Of a stretch of 64,000 bases of DNA, positions 23,088-36,189 are shown one piece after another. The stretch covers positions 96,001 to 160,000 of the forward strand of contig CAVVHE010000009.1 in the NCBI GenBank assembly GCA_963748015.1. The letters are read 5' to 3'. Origin of the DNA: Terriglobia bacterium. Its GTDB lineage: Bacteria > Acidobacteriota > Polarisedimenticolia > Polarisedimenticolales > JAIQFR01. The translations under genes and the position numbers were made by a program. The notes under the pieces are model-generated. The model saw only the letters and a list, made by a program, of their open reading frames with translations. It was not told the origin of the DNA and ran no database searches. Position 1 is the first letter of the stretch. Each line of letters starts with the position of its first letter.

Positions 23088-23735
23088 ATGAAGCTGTTCA
23101 TCGACACCGCGAACATCGACGAGATCCGCGAGGCGGCCGGTCTCGGCATCCTCGACGGCGTCACCACCAACCCGAGCCTGGTCTCGAAGGAAGGGAAGGA
23201 CTTCCACCAGGTCCTTCGCGAGATCGCGAGCCTCGTCGACGGCCCGATCTCCGCGGAGGTGACGGCGCTCGACAAGGACGGGATGGTCAAGGAAGGGCGC
23301 GTGCTCGCGGCCATCCATCCCAACATCGTCGTGAAGATCCCGCTCACCAAGGAAGGGCTCAGGGCCTGCAAGGCGCTGCGCGCCGAGGGGATCCAGACCA
23401 ACGTCACGCTCTGCTTCTCCCCGATGCAGGCGCTCCTCGTCGCCAAGGTGGACTCGACGTTCGTGAGCCCGTTCGTGGGGCGGCTCGACGACGTCTCGCA
23501 CGAGGGGATGGACCTGATCCGGCAGATCCGCGCCATCTACGACAACTACGACTACCCGACGCAGATCCTCGTCGCGTCGGTGCGGCACCCGCTTCACGTC
23601 GTGGAGTCGGCCCTCGCGGGCGCCGACGCCGCGACGATCCCGCACAAGGTCCTCATGCAGCTCTACGACCACCCGCTCACCGAAGCCGGCGTCAAGAAGT
23701 TCCTGGCCGACTGGGAGAAGATGAAGAAGAAGTAG
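23088..23735 (+). CDS. tal: Transaldolase (short TalC/FSA-like family)
   Basis: [29 protein letters not shown] (Glu/Phe signature of transaldolase rather than FSA). Confidence 0.9.
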   Translation: MKLFIDTANIDEIREAAGLGILDGVTTNPSLVSKEGKDFHQVLREIASLVDGPISAEVTALDKDGMVKEGRVLAAIHPNIVVKIPLTKEGLRACKALRAEGIQTNVTLCFSPMQALLVAKVDSTFVSPFVGRLDDVSHEGMDLIRQIRAIYDNYDYPTQILVASVRHPLHVVESALAGADAATIPHKVLMQLYDHPLTEAGVKKFLADWEKMKKK

Positions 23736-23783
23736 CCGAGGGCCGGGCGGGCCGCGCCGGCGCTTCGCGCGGCGGGGGGGAGC

Positions 23784-25334
23784 ATGTCGCAGGAACCGCT
23801 GGAGGAGATGCGCCGGCGCTACGCGGAAGCGCGCGGCGGCGGGGGCGAGGAGCGGGTCGCGAAGCAGCACGCCGACGGGAAGCTCACGGCGCGCGAGCGG
23901 CTCGAGGCGCTCTGCGATCCCGGCTCCTTCCAGGAGCTCGACGCGCTCGTCGTCCACCGCTCTCACGACTTCGGGATGGACAAGCAGCGGATCCCGGGGG
24001 ACGGCGTCGTCACCGGCCACGGCCGCGTCGGCGGGCGCCCCGTGTTCGTCTTCGCGCAGGACTTCACCGTGTTCGGCGGCTCGCTCTCGGAGACGTTCGC
24101 CGCCAAGATCTGCAAGGTGATGGACCTCGCGATGAAGGTCGGCGCTCCCGTCATCGGCCTCAACGACTCCGGCGGGGCGAGGATCCAGGAGGGGGTCGTC
24201 TCCCTCGCGGGGTACGCCGACATCTTCCTCCGGAACACGCTGGCGTCGGGTGTCGTCCCCCAGATCTCCGTGATCATGGGCCCCTGCGCCGGCGGCGCCG
24301 TCTACTCCCCGGCGATCACCGATTTCATCGTGATGGTCCGCGACACGTCGTACATGTTCATCACCGGGCCGGACGTCATCCGGATGGTGACGCACGAGGA
24401 GGTCACGAAGGAGAAGCTCGGCGGCGCGATGACCCACAACTCGCAGTCGGGGGTCGCGCACTTCGCCGCCGCGGACGACCGCGACGCGATCGAGCTGGTC
24501 CGCGAGATGCTCTCGTTCTTCCCGCAGAACAACATGGAGGACCCGCCGAAGCGACCGACGGACGATCCCGACGACCGCGCCGACGCGACGCTGAACGCCG
24601 TCGTTCCCCCGAACCCGAACCAGCCGTACGACATCAAGAAGGTCGTGCACGCGGTGGTGGACGACGGGAAGTTCCTGGAGGTCCACGAGCACTTCGCGAA
24701 GAACATCGTCGTCGGCTTCGCGCGGCTCGGCGGGCGTCCGGTCGGGATCGTCGCGAACCAGCCGGCGGTGCTCGCCGGCTGCCTCGACATCAACGCGTCG
24801 GTGAAGGGGGCCCGGTTCGTCCGCTTCTGCGACTGCTTCAACATCCCGCTGGTGGTCTTCGAGGACGTCCCCGGCTTCCTCCCGGGAACCGACCAGGAGT
24901 TCCGCGGGATCATCCAGCACGGCGCCAAGCTCCTCTACGCCTTCGCCGAGGCGACGGTGCCGAAGCTCACCGTCATCACCCGCAAGGCGTACGGCGGCGC
25001 CTACTGCGTCATGGCGTCGAAGCACATCCGCACCGACTTCAACTTCGCCTGGCCGTCCGCGGAGATCGCGGTGATGGGCTCCGACGGCGCGGTCGGGATC
25101 ATCCACCGCCGCGAGATCCAGGACGCGGGCAAGGACGCCGAGAAGGTGCGCGCGGCGCGCGTCGGGGAGTACAGGGACAAGTTCGCGAACCCGTGGGTCG
25201 CCGCCGAGCGGGGCTACGTGGACGAGGTGATCGAGCCCGCCCTGACCCGCCCGAAGCTGATCGCGGCGCTCCGGCTCCTCGACGGGAAGCGCGACCAGAA
25301 CCCGCCGCGCAAGCACGGGAACATCCCGCTTTGA
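23784..25334 (+). CDS. pccB: Acyl-CoA carboxylase carboxyltransferase (PccB-like) subunit
   Basis: [37 protein letters not shown]. Confidence 0.93.
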   Translation: MSQEPLEEMRRRYAEARGGGGEERVAKQHADGKLTARERLEALCDPGSFQELDALVVHRSHDFGMDKQRIPGDGVVTGHGRVGGRPVFVFAQDFTVFGGSLSETFAAKICKVMDLAMKVGAPVIGLNDSGGARIQEGVVSLAGYADIFLRNTLASGVVPQISVIMGPCAGGAVYSPAITDFIVMVRDTSYMFITGPDVIRMVTHEEVTKEKLGGAMTHNSQSGVAHFAAADDRDAIELVREMLSFFPQNNMEDPPKRPTDDPDDRADATLNAVVPPNPNQPYDIKKVVHAVVDDGKFLEVHEHFAKNIVVGFARLGGRPVGIVANQPAVLAGCLDINASVKGARFVRFCDCFNIPLVVFEDVPGFLPGTDQEFRGIIQHGAKLLYAFAEATVPKLTVITRKAYGGAYCVMASKHIRTDFNFAWPSAEIAVMGSDGAVGIIHRREIQDAGKDAEKVRAARVGEYRDKFANPWVAAERGYVDEVIEPALTRPKLIAALRLLDGKRDQNPPRKHGNIPL

Positions 25335-27022
25335 GCGCGCGCGGCCGGCAGCCTCGGCGCGCCGCACCGACGATCGAGGGGCGCGGCAAGCCTCCCCGCG
25401 GCGCCAAGCCCCGGGGAGCGGCGGAAGGCGCGTCTCGAACGGGCGCGCCGAAATCCGCCGTCAAGGCACCGCGAGCGAGCGCGGGCGGGAAGACGGCCCC
25501 CTCGTCGCGGCCGGCCGGCCCGCCGTTCCGGAAGGTCCTGATCGCCAACCGGGGCGAGATCGCGGTGCGCGTCATCCGCGGCTGCCACGAGCTGGGGATC
25601 CGCACGGTGGCGGTCTACTCGGACGCCGACCGCGAGGCGCTCCACGTCCGCTACGCGCACGAGGCGTACCGGATCGGCCCCCCGGCCGCGGCCGATTCGT
25701 ATCTCCGCATCGACCGGATCCTCGAGGCGGCGAAGGCGTCCGGCGCCGAGGCGGTCCATCCGGGCTACGGATTCCTCGCCGAGAACGCCGGGTTCGCGCG
25801 CGCGTGCCGCGACGCGGGGCTCGTGTTCATCGGGCCGCCTCCCGACGCGATGGAGGCGCTCGGCGACAAGGTCCGCGCCCGAGAGCTCATGACCGCGGCC
25901 GGCGTGCCGGTCGTCCCGGGCTCGCCGCCGCTCGGCGAGGATCCCGGAGAGGCGGCACGGATCGCCGCCGGCATCGGCTATCCCGTCCTCCTCAAGGCGG
26001 CCGCCGGCGGCGGCGGCAAGGGGATGCGGGTCGTCCGCGACCCGAAGGACCTCCCGTCGCTCCTCGCGCAGGCGCGCGGCGAGGCGCGCTCGGCGTTCGG
26101 CGACGGCACGGTCTTCCTCGAGAAGTACGTCGACCGCCCGCGCCACATCGAGGTGCAGATCCTCGCGGACGCCCACGGGAACGCGATCCACCTCGGCGAG
26201 CGCGAGTGCTCGATCCAGCGCCGCCACCAGAAGCTCATCGAGGAGTGCCCGTCGCCGGTCGTGGACGAGGCGACGCGGCGGCGGATCGGAGAGCTCGCCG
26301 TCCGCGCGGCGCGCGCGTCGGGGTACGTCAACGCGGGGACGGTCGAGTTCCTACGCGGCGCCGACGGGTCGTTCTACTTCATGGAGGTCAACGCGCGCCT
26401 CCAGGTGGAGCACCCGATCACGGAGCTGGTGTACGGGATCGACCTCGTGAAGGCCCAGCTCGTCATCGCGGCGGGCGGCACCCTGCCCTTGCGGCAGGAG
26501 GAGGTCGTCCCGCGCGGCCACGCGATCGAGTGCCGCATCATCGCGGAGGACCCGTCGCGGAATTTCATGCCCGCCCCCGGCACCATCCGCGGCCTGCGCG
26601 CGCCGTCGGGGCCCGGGGTGCGTTACGACGGAGGGACGTTCCCGGGGTGGACGGTTCCCGTGCACTACGACCCGCTCCTCTCGAAGCTGTGCACGTGGGG
26701 GCGCGACCGCGACGAGGCGATCGACCGGATGGCGCGCGCGCTCGACGAGTACCGCATCGACGGCCTCAGCACGTCGATCAGCTTCCACCGCCAGGTCATG
26801 TCCCACCCGGCGTTCCGGAAGGCGGAGCTGCACACCGGGTTCCTCGAGGAGCATCCCGAGCTGCTCCGGCTCCACGACGATCCGTGGCTCGAGGAGGTGT
26901 TCGTCGTCGCCGCGGCGGTGGCGCACTTCCGACGCGTCGAGCAGGAATCGGCGCGCGCCACGGAGACGTCCGCCCCGGCCTCCGCGTGGAAGTGGGCCGG
27001 CCGGAGGGGGTTCGCGCGGTGA
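25331..27022 (+). CDS. accC: Biotin carboxylase subunit, with basic low-complexity N-terminal extension
   Basis: [52 protein letters not shown]; start uncertain (TTG overlapping pccB stop). Confidence 0.92.
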   Translation: MSARGRQPRRAAPTIEGRGKPPRGAKPRGAAEGASRTGAPKSAVKAPRASAGGKTAPSSRPAGPPFRKVLIANRGEIAVRVIRGCHELGIRTVAVYSDADREALHVRYAHEAYRIGPPAAADSYLRIDRILEAAKASGAEAVHPGYGFLAENAGFARACRDAGLVFIGPPPDAMEALGDKVRARELMTAAGVPVVPGSPPLGEDPGEAARIAAGIGYPVLLKAAAGGGGKGMRVVRDPKDLPSLLAQARGEARSAFGDGTVFLEKYVDRPRHIEVQILADAHGNAIHLGERECSIQRRHQKLIEECPSPVVDEATRRRIGELAVRAARASGYVNAGTVEFLRGADGSFYFMEVNARLQVEHPITELVYGIDLVKAQLVIAAGGTLPLRQEEVVPRGHAIECRIIAEDPSRNFMPAPGTIRGLRAPSGPGVRYDGGTFPGWTVPVHYDPLLSKLCTWGRDRDEAIDRMARALDEYRIDGLSTSISFHRQVMSHPAFRKAELHTGFLEEHPELLRLHDDPWLEEVFVVAAAVAHFRRVEQESARATETSAPASAWKWAGRRGFAR

Positions 27023-27510
27023 AGATGACCGTCAAGGCGGGGGAGCGCGAGCACGAGGTGACGGTCGAGCGTCGCGACGGGCTGTTCCGCGTCGTGGTGG
27101 ACGGCAAGGAGCACCTCGTCGACGCGCGCCGCCTCGAGGCGGACTTCCACTCGATCATGATGGAAGGGCGCTCGTACGAGCTGTCGATCGAGCCGGACGG
27201 CGACCGCTACCACGTCCGCCACGGCGCGTCGCAGCGCACCGTGTCGCTCACCGACGCCACGCGCCGCGCCCGCGAGGGGCTGAAATCGGGGCACGGCCCC
27301 GAGACCGTCGTCACCGTGATGCCCGGCAAGGTGGTGCGCGTCCTCGTCGCCGCGGGAGAAGAGGTCGCCGCGGGCCAGGGCCTCGTCGTCGTCGAGGCGA
27401 TGAAGATGGAGAACGAGATCGGCGCGCCCCGCGCCGGCCGCGTCGCTTCCATCGAGGTCGAGCCGGGCCGCGCCGTCGAAGCCGGCACCACGCTCCTGAT
27501 CATCGACTGA
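27019..27510 (+). CDS. Biotin carboxyl carrier protein
   Basis: MPGKVV..VEAMKMENEI biotinylation motif. Confidence 0.92.
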   Translation: MKMTVKAGEREHEVTVERRDGLFRVVVDGKEHLVDARRLEADFHSIMMEGRSYELSIEPDGDRYHVRHGASQRTVSLTDATRRAREGLKSGHGPETVVTVMPGKVVRVLVAAGEEVAAGQGLVVVEAMKMENEIGAPRAGRVASIEVEPGRAVEAGTTLLIID

Positions 27511-27540
27511 AAAAAAACGGGGTGGCGAGCGCCACCCCGT
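27510..27540 (-). terminator. Rho-independent terminator of HU gene
   Basis: ACGGGGTGGC-loop-GCCACCCCGT hairpin followed by a T-run on minus strand. Confidence 0.85.
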
Positions 27541-27564
27541 CCCTGAAATCTCTTCCTCGCAGCT

Positions 27565-27840
27565 CTACTTGTTCATCGAATCCACGAGCTGCTTCCCGCC
27601 CTTGAAACGGACGGACTTCTTCGCCTTGATCTTGATCGCGTCGCCCGTCTGCGGGTTCCGGCCGATGCGCGCCTTGCGCTTGCTCACCGAGAACGTGCCG
27701 AAGCCGACGAGAGTGACCCGCTGGCCCCTCTTGAGGGAATGCGAGATTCCCTCGATGAAACTGTTCATCGCCGTCGCCGCCGCGCTCCGCGTGATGCCGG
27801 CGTCCTCCGAGATCTTTCCGATCAGCGCCGCCTTGTTCAT
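27565..27840 (-). CDS. hup: DNA-binding protein HU
   Basis: MNKAALI..VTLVGFGTFSV..ARIGRNPQTG. Confidence 0.96.
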   Translation of the reverse strand: MNKAALIGKISEDAGITRSAAATAMNSFIEGISHSLKRGQRVTLVGFGTFSVSKRKARIGRNPQTGDAIKIKAKKSVRFKGGKQLVDSMNK

Positions 27841-27897
27841 CTCTTTCCACCTCCTCTTGTCGTGAAGTCGCCGCGGAACCGCCGCGGCGCCAGCGCG

Positions 27898-27926
27898 ATT
27901 ACACTCCCCCGCACCCGCGGTGTCAA
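27898..27926 (-). promoter_or_regulatory. Putative sigma70 promoter of HU
   Basis: TTGACA-N17-TGTAAT. Confidence 0.6.
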
Positions 27927-27988
27927 GGGGTGGGCGCACGAAAACCCGCGTCCGCGTGGAGTTTCCGGAGGGAGGGCGGAGCAGGCGT

Positions 27989-28390
27989 TCAGGCGACCGC
28001 GAGGAACCGGGCGAGCTTTTCGCGCTCCGTGTCGCGCATCCCGGCGAAGAACAGCGCGAGCTCGTACCGGTGGCTGCCGGTCGGCGACGGCATCTCGCGA
28101 TGACGCACCACCACGGCCTCCACGTCGAGCGGCTCGACGCTTCCCGTCCGGTTCTCGGGGAGCAGGAGGCGCACCGCGAGGCGGGTCATCTCCGGGAAGT
28201 CCACCGACGACGAGCAGTACAGCCCGCCGAGCGAGAGGTCGTTGGCGACCATCCGGGCGACGACGTCCCCGGCCTCCGCCGTCCCGTGGGCCTCGATCGT
28301 TCGCTCGAACCTGGCGTGGGAGCGTCGCTCGGCGCGCGGGCGCCTCTCGGTTTGGTTGGGGCTCAAGGTGTCTCCTCCTCGTCGGCTCAT
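27989..28390 (-). CDS. PilZ domain protein
   Basis: ERRSHAR (RxxxR) and NDLSLGG (D/NxSxxG) motifs. Confidence 0.85.
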   Translation of the reverse strand: MSRRGGDTLSPNQTERRPRAERRSHARFERTIEAHGTAEAGDVVARMVANDLSLGGLYCSSSVDFPEMTRLAVRLLLPENRTGSVEPLDVEAVVVRHREMPSPTGSHRYELALFFAGMRDTEREKLARFLAVA

Positions 28391-28447
28391 GCTAGGGTGG
28401 AGTAGGTTTCTCAGTCAAGACGGAGACGGGATTTAGCGGAGGCGGGC

Positions 28448-29218
28448 ATGGAACGGGAGGCGCTCAAGAGACTGCTCGGCCGGGTGAGGACGGGAAAGGT
28501 CACCGTCGGCGAGGCGATGGAGCGCCTCCGCCACGGTCCCGTCGAGGAGCTGGGGTTCGCCGCCCTCGACATGCACCGCGCCCTCCGCCGCGGGTTCCCC
28601 GAGGTGATCTACGGCGCGGGCAAGACGGTCGAGCAGCTCGAGGCGATCGTCGGCCGCCTGCACGCCGCCGGCCAAACGGTGCTGGTGACGCGCGTCGGGC
28701 CCGAGGTCCACCGCTCTCTCGTGCGGACGTTCAGGCACCTCGAGCACCACGCCGCCGCCCGCGCCGTCGTGCTTCCCGCCGGCCGCCGGCGCCCGGGCCG
28801 CCCCGGGATCGTCGTGATGAGCGCCGGAACGTCCGACCTCCCCGTGGCGGAGGAGGCCGCGCTGACCGCGACCGTCATGGGGAACGACGTGCGCACGGTG
28901 TACGACGTCGGCGTGGCGGGGCTCCACCGGCTCATGACGCACCGCGAGGCGATGCTCTCGGCGAGGGTGATCGTCGTCGTCGCGGGGATGGAGGGGGCGC
29001 TGCCCTCCGTGGTGGCGGGGCTCGTGGATTGTCCCGTGATCGGCGTGCCCACCAGCACCGGCTACGGCACCGGCGCGGGAGGGTGGGCAGCCCTGATGGC
29101 CATGCTCAACTCGTGCGCGTCCGGTGTCGCCGTGGTCAACATTGACAATGGGTTCGGCGCCGGTTGCCTTGCCGCATTGATCAATCGTGGGCGGTCGTCC
29201 AGGGCAACAAAGAAGTAG
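28448..29218 (+). CDS. larB: LarB / AIR-carboxylase-like nickel pincer cofactor biosynthesis protein
   Basis: GFPEVIYGAGKT, AGTSDLPVAEEA, VAGMEGALPSVV, VPTSTGYG, VNIDNGFGA. Confidence 0.92.
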   Translation: MEREALKRLLGRVRTGKVTVGEAMERLRHGPVEELGFAALDMHRALRRGFPEVIYGAGKTVEQLEAIVGRLHAAGQTVLVTRVGPEVHRSLVRTFRHLEHHAAARAVVLPAGRRRPGRPGIVVMSAGTSDLPVAEEAALTATVMGNDVRTVYDVGVAGLHRLMTHREAMLSARVIVVVAGMEGALPSVVAGLVDCPVIGVPTSTGYGTGAGGWAALMAMLNSCASGVAVVNIDNGFGAGCLAALINRGRSSRATKK

Positions 29219-29426
29219 CGCTGCGCGCGCACAACACCGAATGCCGTCGAGGAAATGAAATCGCTTGACTGGCATGGGTGTGACCCATATATAACAGTTG
29301 TTATCGGGCCCGACGCGATCGCCCGGCATGATGCGCCGCCCCGCAACGGGGCAGGTCGGCGCGACCCACGCGGGTGAAGACCCTAGTGTTCGCTGGGCTT
29401 TTGGGGGAAAAGCGCGAGTTGGCGTG

Positions 29427-29455
29427 TTGACGGCGGGGGCCTCGTCCGCTAGAGT
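29427..29455 (+). promoter_or_regulatory. Putative sigma70 promoter of rpsU-dnaG-rpoD
   Basis: TTGACG-N17-TAGAGT; a second candidate TTGACT-N17-TATATA starts at 29265. Confidence 0.6.
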
Positions 29456-29534
29456 GAAGGTTTTGTGATGCGGAGGCCCCGGTTCACGCCGGGAAACCCG
29501 GAAAACCAGCGACGAAAGTGGGGTGATCGGATCC

Positions 29535-29741
29535 ATGCCGCTGATCAAGGTCCGCGAGGACGAGAGCCTCGAGAATGCCCTGAAGCGTTTCAAGAGAAAG
29601 TGCGAGAAATCGGGCATTCTGACCGAGATCAAGAAGCGCCAGCACTACGAGAAGCCGAGCGTGAAGAAGAAGCGCAAGGCTCTGTCGGCGCGCAAGAAGC
29701 TGCTCAAGCGTCTGGCCCAGGAGCGTAAGAGCAACGCTTGA
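29535..29741 (+). CDS. rpsU: 30S ribosomal protein S21
   Basis: [23 protein letters not shown]. Confidence 0.97.
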   Translation: MPLIKVREDESLENALKRFKRKCEKSGILTEIKKRQHYEKPSVKKKRKALSARKKLLKRLAQERKSNA

Positions 29742-29788
29742 TCCCCACTCGAATCGCCGGCCGGGCAGCCCCGGCCGGCGAAACGGGC

Positions 29789-31549
29789 GTGGCTGGTGGC
29801 CCCTTGGGCATTAGGACGAGCAGGGATTTCGTCGACGCGGTCCGGCGCGCCGGCGATATCGTCAGACTGGTTTCCGACTATGTTCCCCTGAGGCCGGCAG
29901 GTTCCCGGCTCAAGGGGTTGTGTCCCTTCCATCAGGAGAAGACTCCCTCCTTCTCCGTGGATCCCGACCTGCAGTTGTTCTACTGCTTCGGGTGCAACAC
30001 CGGCGGGGACCTCTTCAAATTCGTGATGCTCTACGAAAAGGTCGGCTTTGCCGAGGCCGTCGAGCTTCTCGCGCAGCGCTGGGGGGTGCCGGTCCCCGCG
30101 GAGCGCTCCGCCGAGAGCGACGTCCGCTCGCGGCTGCTCGATCTCAACCGCGAGGCCGAGGGATTCTTCAGGGCCCGCCTGCTCGACGAGACCTCGGGGC
30201 TGGCCGCCCGGCAGTACCTCGGGCGGCGGGAAGTCTCGCTCGAAGTCGCGACCCGTCTGGGGCTGGGGTACGCGCCGGACGCCTGGGAAGCGCTCCGCAC
30301 GCACCTGCTCTCCCGGCGCTTCAAGCCGCAAGAGCTGGTCGAGGGCGGGCTCACGGTCTCGAGGAAGGAGGGGCCGGGAGAGTACGACCGGTTCCGCAAC
30401 CGCCTCATGTTCCCGATCCGGGACGTCGCCGGCCGTACGGTGGCGTTCGGCGGCCGCGCCCTCGGCGATTCCGAGCCGAAATATCTGAACTCTCCGGAGA
30501 CTCCTGCGTACGTCAAGGGGGATCACCTCTACGGGCTCGACGAGGGGAAAGAGGCGATCCGCAGAGAGGGTCACGTGGTCGTCGTCGAGGGGTACCTCGA
30601 TCTAGCCGCCCTGCGGCAGGCCGGGTGCCAGCACTCGGTGGCGTCGCTCGGCACGGCTTTCACGCCGAGCCAGGCGCGCCTGCTCTCCCGGTACACCGGG
30701 CGGGTCGTGGTGTGCTACGACGGCGATACCGCCGGCGCCGCGGCGACCCAGCGGTCGCTCGACCTCCTGCTCGAGCGGGGCTTCGAGGTGCGGGCGGCGG
30801 AGCTGCCCTCCGGGATGGACCCCGACGACTTCGTGCGCAAGGAAGGGGCGGTGGCGTTCGAGCAGCTCGTGCAGCAGGCCCCGGGGTGGCTCGAGTACCT
30901 CGTGCACCGCGAGTGCGCGACGCGGGACCTCCGCCGCACCGACGAGAAGGTGGCCGCGGTGAACGCCCTGCTCCCGCGGATCGCGCGCCTCTCGAGCCCG
31001 GTCGAGCGGGCCTCGTGGGCGGCGGTGCTCTCCGACGCGCTCAGGATCGAGGACGACCTCGTCCTCCAGGAATTGAAGACGGCGCTGCGCGCCGCGCGGC
31101 CGGCGATCCGCCAGCGCCCCGCGGAGCGGGAGCCGCTGCCCGAGGCGCAGGCCCGGCTGGTTCGGGTGCTGCTTCACCTCGGCGAGGCGCGGATGACCGC
31201 CCGGGGCCGGCTGGAGTCCGGCGACCTGGCCGGCACGCGGGTCGCGCCCATCGTGGACGCGATCCTGCGTCACGGCGACGAAGGGAAGGAGGTGGACCTG
31301 CCGACGGTGCTGGAATCCCTGGAACGCGACGAGGACCGGGACCTGCTCACCTGGATCGCCTTCCGAGAGGGGCCCGAGATCTCGGCCGACGAGGTGGAAG
31401 GGTGCGTCAGGTCGCTCCGGCGCGAGCGGCTCGTGAAGGAGCGGCGAGAGCTCCAGCGCGCCATCGAGCGGACCGCCGATCCGGCGGCGGTGGATGCCCT
31501 GCTGCTGCGCAAGCAGCAGCTCGGACGGCAGATCGATGCCCTCAACTGA
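29789..31549 (+). CDS. dnaG: DNA primase
   Basis: [15 protein letters not shown] zinc finger, [35 protein letters not shown]; exact start uncertain. Confidence 0.97.
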   Translation: MAGGPLGIRTSRDFVDAVRRAGDIVRLVSDYVPLRPAGSRLKGLCPFHQEKTPSFSVDPDLQLFYCFGCNTGGDLFKFVMLYEKVGFAEAVELLAQRWGVPVPAERSAESDVRSRLLDLNREAEGFFRARLLDETSGLAARQYLGRREVSLEVATRLGLGYAPDAWEALRTHLLSRRFKPQELVEGGLTVSRKEGPGEYDRFRNRLMFPIRDVAGRTVAFGGRALGDSEPKYLNSPETPAYVKGDHLYGLDEGKEAIRREGHVVVVEGYLDLAALRQAGCQHSVASLGTAFTPSQARLLSRYTGRVVVCYDGDTAGAAATQRSLDLLLERGFEVRAAELPSGMDPDDFVRKEGAVAFEQLVQQAPGWLEYLVHRECATRDLRRTDEKVAAVNALLPRIARLSSPVERASWAAVLSDALRIEDDLVLQELKTALRAARPAIRQRPAEREPLPEAQARLVRVLLHLGEARMTARGRLESGDLAGTRVAPIVDAILRHGDEGKEVDLPTVLESLERDEDRDLLTWIAFREGPEISADEVEGCVRSLRRERLVKERRELQRAIERTADPAAVDALLLRKQQLGRQIDALN

Positions 31550-31574
31550 GGGTGCGGTCGGCCTGCGAGGAGAG

Positions 31575-33308
<1,734 letters not shown>

Positions 33309-33429
33309 CACGCCGGGTCGGGGTCGGGAGCACGGGCTCCCGGCCCTCGACCTCTGTCCGCTGGCTTACCGAGCCTGCCCTGGGGTAACCTGACCGACCG
33401 CCTAGCGCGCCGGGGCGGGAAGAGGCGAC

Positions 33430-34140
33430 ATGGGCGACGGCAAGAGCGAGCTGCACGAGAGCACCCGGGAACGGCTCCGGCGCGTGCCGCTCTTCGCCGA
33501 GCTCGAGGACGAGGACCTCGACCGCTTGGCCGGCCTGTCCCGGATCGCGCAGCTCCGCCGCAAGGAGATGCTCTTCGCGGACGGGGAGCCGTACACCGGG
33601 ATGTACGTGATCCTGAGCGGGCTCGCGGTGGTCTACAAGCAGTCCGGCGACGGCAGGATGCTGATCCTGCACGTCTGCCGCCCCGGCGATACGCTAGCCG
33701 AGGACCCCCTGTTCGACGTGCCCGAGGCCCGCTATCCCGCGCACGGCAGGGTGACCCGCGACAGCGAGGTCATGTTCCTGCCGCGGGACAAGTTCCTCCC
33801 GTTCCTGAAGCAGCACCCCGAGGTGGCGTGGGAGCTGCTGAAGGGGTTCGCGGTGCGCCTCCGCGAGCTGAGCCAGCAGCTCGAGGGCGTCACCCTCCGC
33901 GAGGTCACCGCGCGCCTCGCGCGGTACCTCATCAACGAGCTCGAGAAATCCGGCCACTCCCGCGACCCCCGGCCCACCATCACGCTCCCCCTCGCCAAGG
34001 GCGCCCTCGCCTCCTTCCTGGGCACCGTCCACGAAACCCTCTCCCGCTCCTTCGCCCGCCTCATCCGCGAGAAGATCGTCACCGTGGATGGCCCCCGCGT
34101 CACCCTCCTCGACCCCGCCCGCCTCGAACGCCTGATCTGA
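33430..34140 (+). CDS. Crp/Fnr family transcriptional regulator
   Basis: cNMP-binding N-terminal domain and HTH LASFLGTVHETLSR. Confidence 0.92.
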   Translation: MGDGKSELHESTRERLRRVPLFAELEDEDLDRLAGLSRIAQLRRKEMLFADGEPYTGMYVILSGLAVVYKQSGDGRMLILHVCRPGDTLAEDPLFDVPEARYPAHGRVTRDSEVMFLPRDKFLPFLKQHPEVAWELLKGFAVRLRELSQQLEGVTLREVTARLARYLINELEKSGHSRDPRPTITLPLAKGALASFLGTVHETLSRSFARLIREKIVTVDGPRVTLLDPARLERLI

Positions 34141-34146
34141 TTCCCT

Positions 34147-34515
34147 CTACTTCCGGATCGCGGCGAGGGCGAGCGCGAGCCAGCCGGTGATGAAGGCGAG
34201 GCCGCCCAGGGGGGTGATGGCTCCGAGCCAGCGGTGGCCGGTGAGGGTGAGAAGGTAGAGGCTGCCGGAGAAGACGAGGATGCCCGCCAGGAAGAGCCAG
34301 CCGGCCAGGGTCGCCCAGGTGCCCGGCCAGCGGTCGGCGGCCCAACCCACCGCGAGGAGACCGAGGGCGTGGACCAGGTGGTAGCGCACTCCCGTCTCGT
34401 AGATCGCCAGCAGATCCGGGGTCACACGCGCCTTGAGCCCGTGCGCGCCGAACGCGCCGAGGGCCACGCCGAGCGCCGCCGCGATCGCCCCCGTCGCGAA
34501 CCAGCCTCCCGCCAT
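34147..34515 (-). CDS. DUF423 (YgdD/TMEM256) membrane protein
   Basis: GAFGAHGL..YHLVHAL..FSGSLY..GAITPLGG. Confidence 0.9.
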   Translation of the reverse strand: MAGGWFATGAIAAALGVALGAFGAHGLKARVTPDLLAIYETGVRYHLVHALGLLAVGWAADRWPGTWATLAGWLFLAGILVFSGSLYLLTLTGHRWLGAITPLGGLAFITGWLALALAAIRK

Positions 34516-34599
34516 CGCCACCTCCACGCGCCGCCGCGCCCTGCCGGACTCGCGCCGACCGGTCGCGCCGCGCTACTCTTGGGGAAGGAGGATACTCCC

Positions 34600-35346
34600 A
34601 TGCGCAGGCGCCTACCCTCCGCTCTCGCCGCCCTGGCCGCGGCCGCGCTCGCGACCGCGGCCCTCGCCGGCGCGGCGGAGGACTCCGACGTCGCCCGGAA
34701 GGTGGGCGAGCAGCTCCGCCGGTCCCCGCTCATCGGGCAGTTCGCGCTCACCGCGAAGGCGCGCGACGGGCGAGTGACCCTCGACGGGCGCGTTCACACG
34801 CTCTCGGAGTCGTGGGACGCCGAGGACCTCGCCAGCAAGGTGCGCGGCGTCCTCGAGATCGACAACCGGATCGCGATCGACTCGCGGGGGACGAGCGACG
34901 CCGCGATCGAGGCCGCCATCAAGCGGCGCTACGAGGACATCGTCGCCGTCGCCACGGCAGCCCCCGAGGTCCGGGTCGTCCAGGGCGCCGTCACGCTCTC
35001 GGGGAAGCTCCGCGACGGGCGCACCCGCTTCACCGCGATCGATGCGGCGGCGAAGATCCCGGGGGTCGTCGCCGTCGAGGACCGGTTCGAGACTCCCGCC
35101 AAGGACGACGAGACGATCGGCAAGGAGGTCGCCGGCGTCCTCGCCAACCTCTCGCTCCTCGGCGTATCGGGCAAGGTCCGGCCCACGGTCAAGGACGGGA
35201 TCGTGACGCTGACCGGCCGCGTCGGGAAGCTCTACGACCGGAAGCGCTTGACCCGCCTGGCTCTCGGCGCCAACGGCGTTCGCGGTGTCGAGAACCGGCT
35301 CGAGATCGGGTCGTCGAAGTCCGACCTACTCATTCCTCTCGAGTGA
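34600..35346 (+). CDS. Secreted protein with three BON domains
   Basis: Signal peptide; repeated G.VTL.G....GV..V.N motifs. Confidence 0.85.
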   Translation: MRRRLPSALAALAAAALATAALAGAAEDSDVARKVGEQLRRSPLIGQFALTAKARDGRVTLDGRVHTLSESWDAEDLASKVRGVLEIDNRIAIDSRGTSDAAIEAAIKRRYEDIVAVATAAPEVRVVQGAVTLSGKLRDGRTRFTAIDAAAKIPGVVAVEDRFETPAKDDETIGKEVAGVLANLSLLGVSGKVRPTVKDGIVTLTGRVGKLYDRKRLTRLALGANGVRGVENRLEIGSSKSDLLIPLE

Positions 35347-35348
35347 CC

Positions 35349-35417
35349 CGCTTCGACTCGCTTCGCCCGCTCGCTTCGACTCGCTTCGCTCGCTCGCTTC
35401 GACTCGCTTCGCTCGCT
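35349..35417. repeat. Three tandem 23-bp units CGCTTCGACTCGCTTCGCTCGCT
   Basis: 35349-35371 (one mismatch), 35372-35394, 35395-35417; fills the gap between convergent stop codons. Confidence 0.9.
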
Positions 35418-36028
35418 CAGCGCGAGAGCTTCGCGGCTATCGTCGCGACGTGCTTCCCCTGGAACCGGGCCCCGGCCAGCTCGTTCTCGCTCGGCAGCCG
35501 CGCGCCGTCGCCGCCGGCGATCGTCGACGCCCCGTACGGGGTCCCCCCCGTGACCTCGTCGGTCCGCGTCTGCCCCTCAAACGCATAGGGCAGTCCGACG
35601 ACCACCATCCCCTGGTGCAGCAGGGTCACGTGGAAGGTCAAGAGGGTGGACTCCTGGCCGCCGTGCTGCGTCCCGCTCGACGTGAACACGCTGCCGGCCT
35701 TCCCGACCAGGGCGCCCTTCATCCACAGCCCGCCGGTCGCGTCGAGGAACTGCCGCATCTGCCCGCACATGTTCCCGAAGCGGGTCGGCGTCCCGAAGAT
35801 CACGGCGTCGGCCGAGCCCAACTCCTCCATCGTGCACACGGGCACCTTCGAAAGCTCCTTCTGGGCCTCGGCCGCCCCCATCTTGGCGATGACCTCGGCC
35901 GGGAGCGTCTCCGGTACCCGGCGAACGAGGACCTCCGCGCCGCCGACCTCCCGCGCCCCCTCGGCGACCGCCTCGGCCATGCGCGCGATGTGTCCGTACA
36001 GCGAGTAATAGACGACCAGGACTTTCAT
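35417..36028 (-). CDS. wrbA: NAD(P)H:quinone oxidoreductase WrbA
   Basis: [32 protein letters not shown]. Confidence 0.96.
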   Translation of the reverse strand: MKVLVVYYSLYGHIARMAEAVAEGAREVGGAEVLVRRVPETLPAEVIAKMGAAEAQKELSKVPVCTMEELGSADAVIFGTPTRFGNMCGQMRQFLDATGGLWMKGALVGKAGSVFTSSGTQHGGQESTLLTFHVTLLHQGMVVVGLPYAFEGQTRTDEVTGGTPYGASTIAGGDGARLPSENELAGARFQGKHVATIAAKLSR

Positions 36029-36189
36029 CGTGGAACCTCCGGCCCCTGGGGCTTCATAAACAGGACTCTATTAGTCCGCTTTAGGGATCCTGCCAAGTGA
36101 CGGGACCTCGCCGCGCCGCACGGCCACAACTTCTCGACCCCCGCGGCGTATGATTCGCCGGGGCGCCGCGCGCCCCGAAGGAGGCCGCC

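Noticed and set aside
28448..29218. Complete lactate racemase (lar) cluster
   Set aside because: Only larB is present; stand-alone larB genes are common
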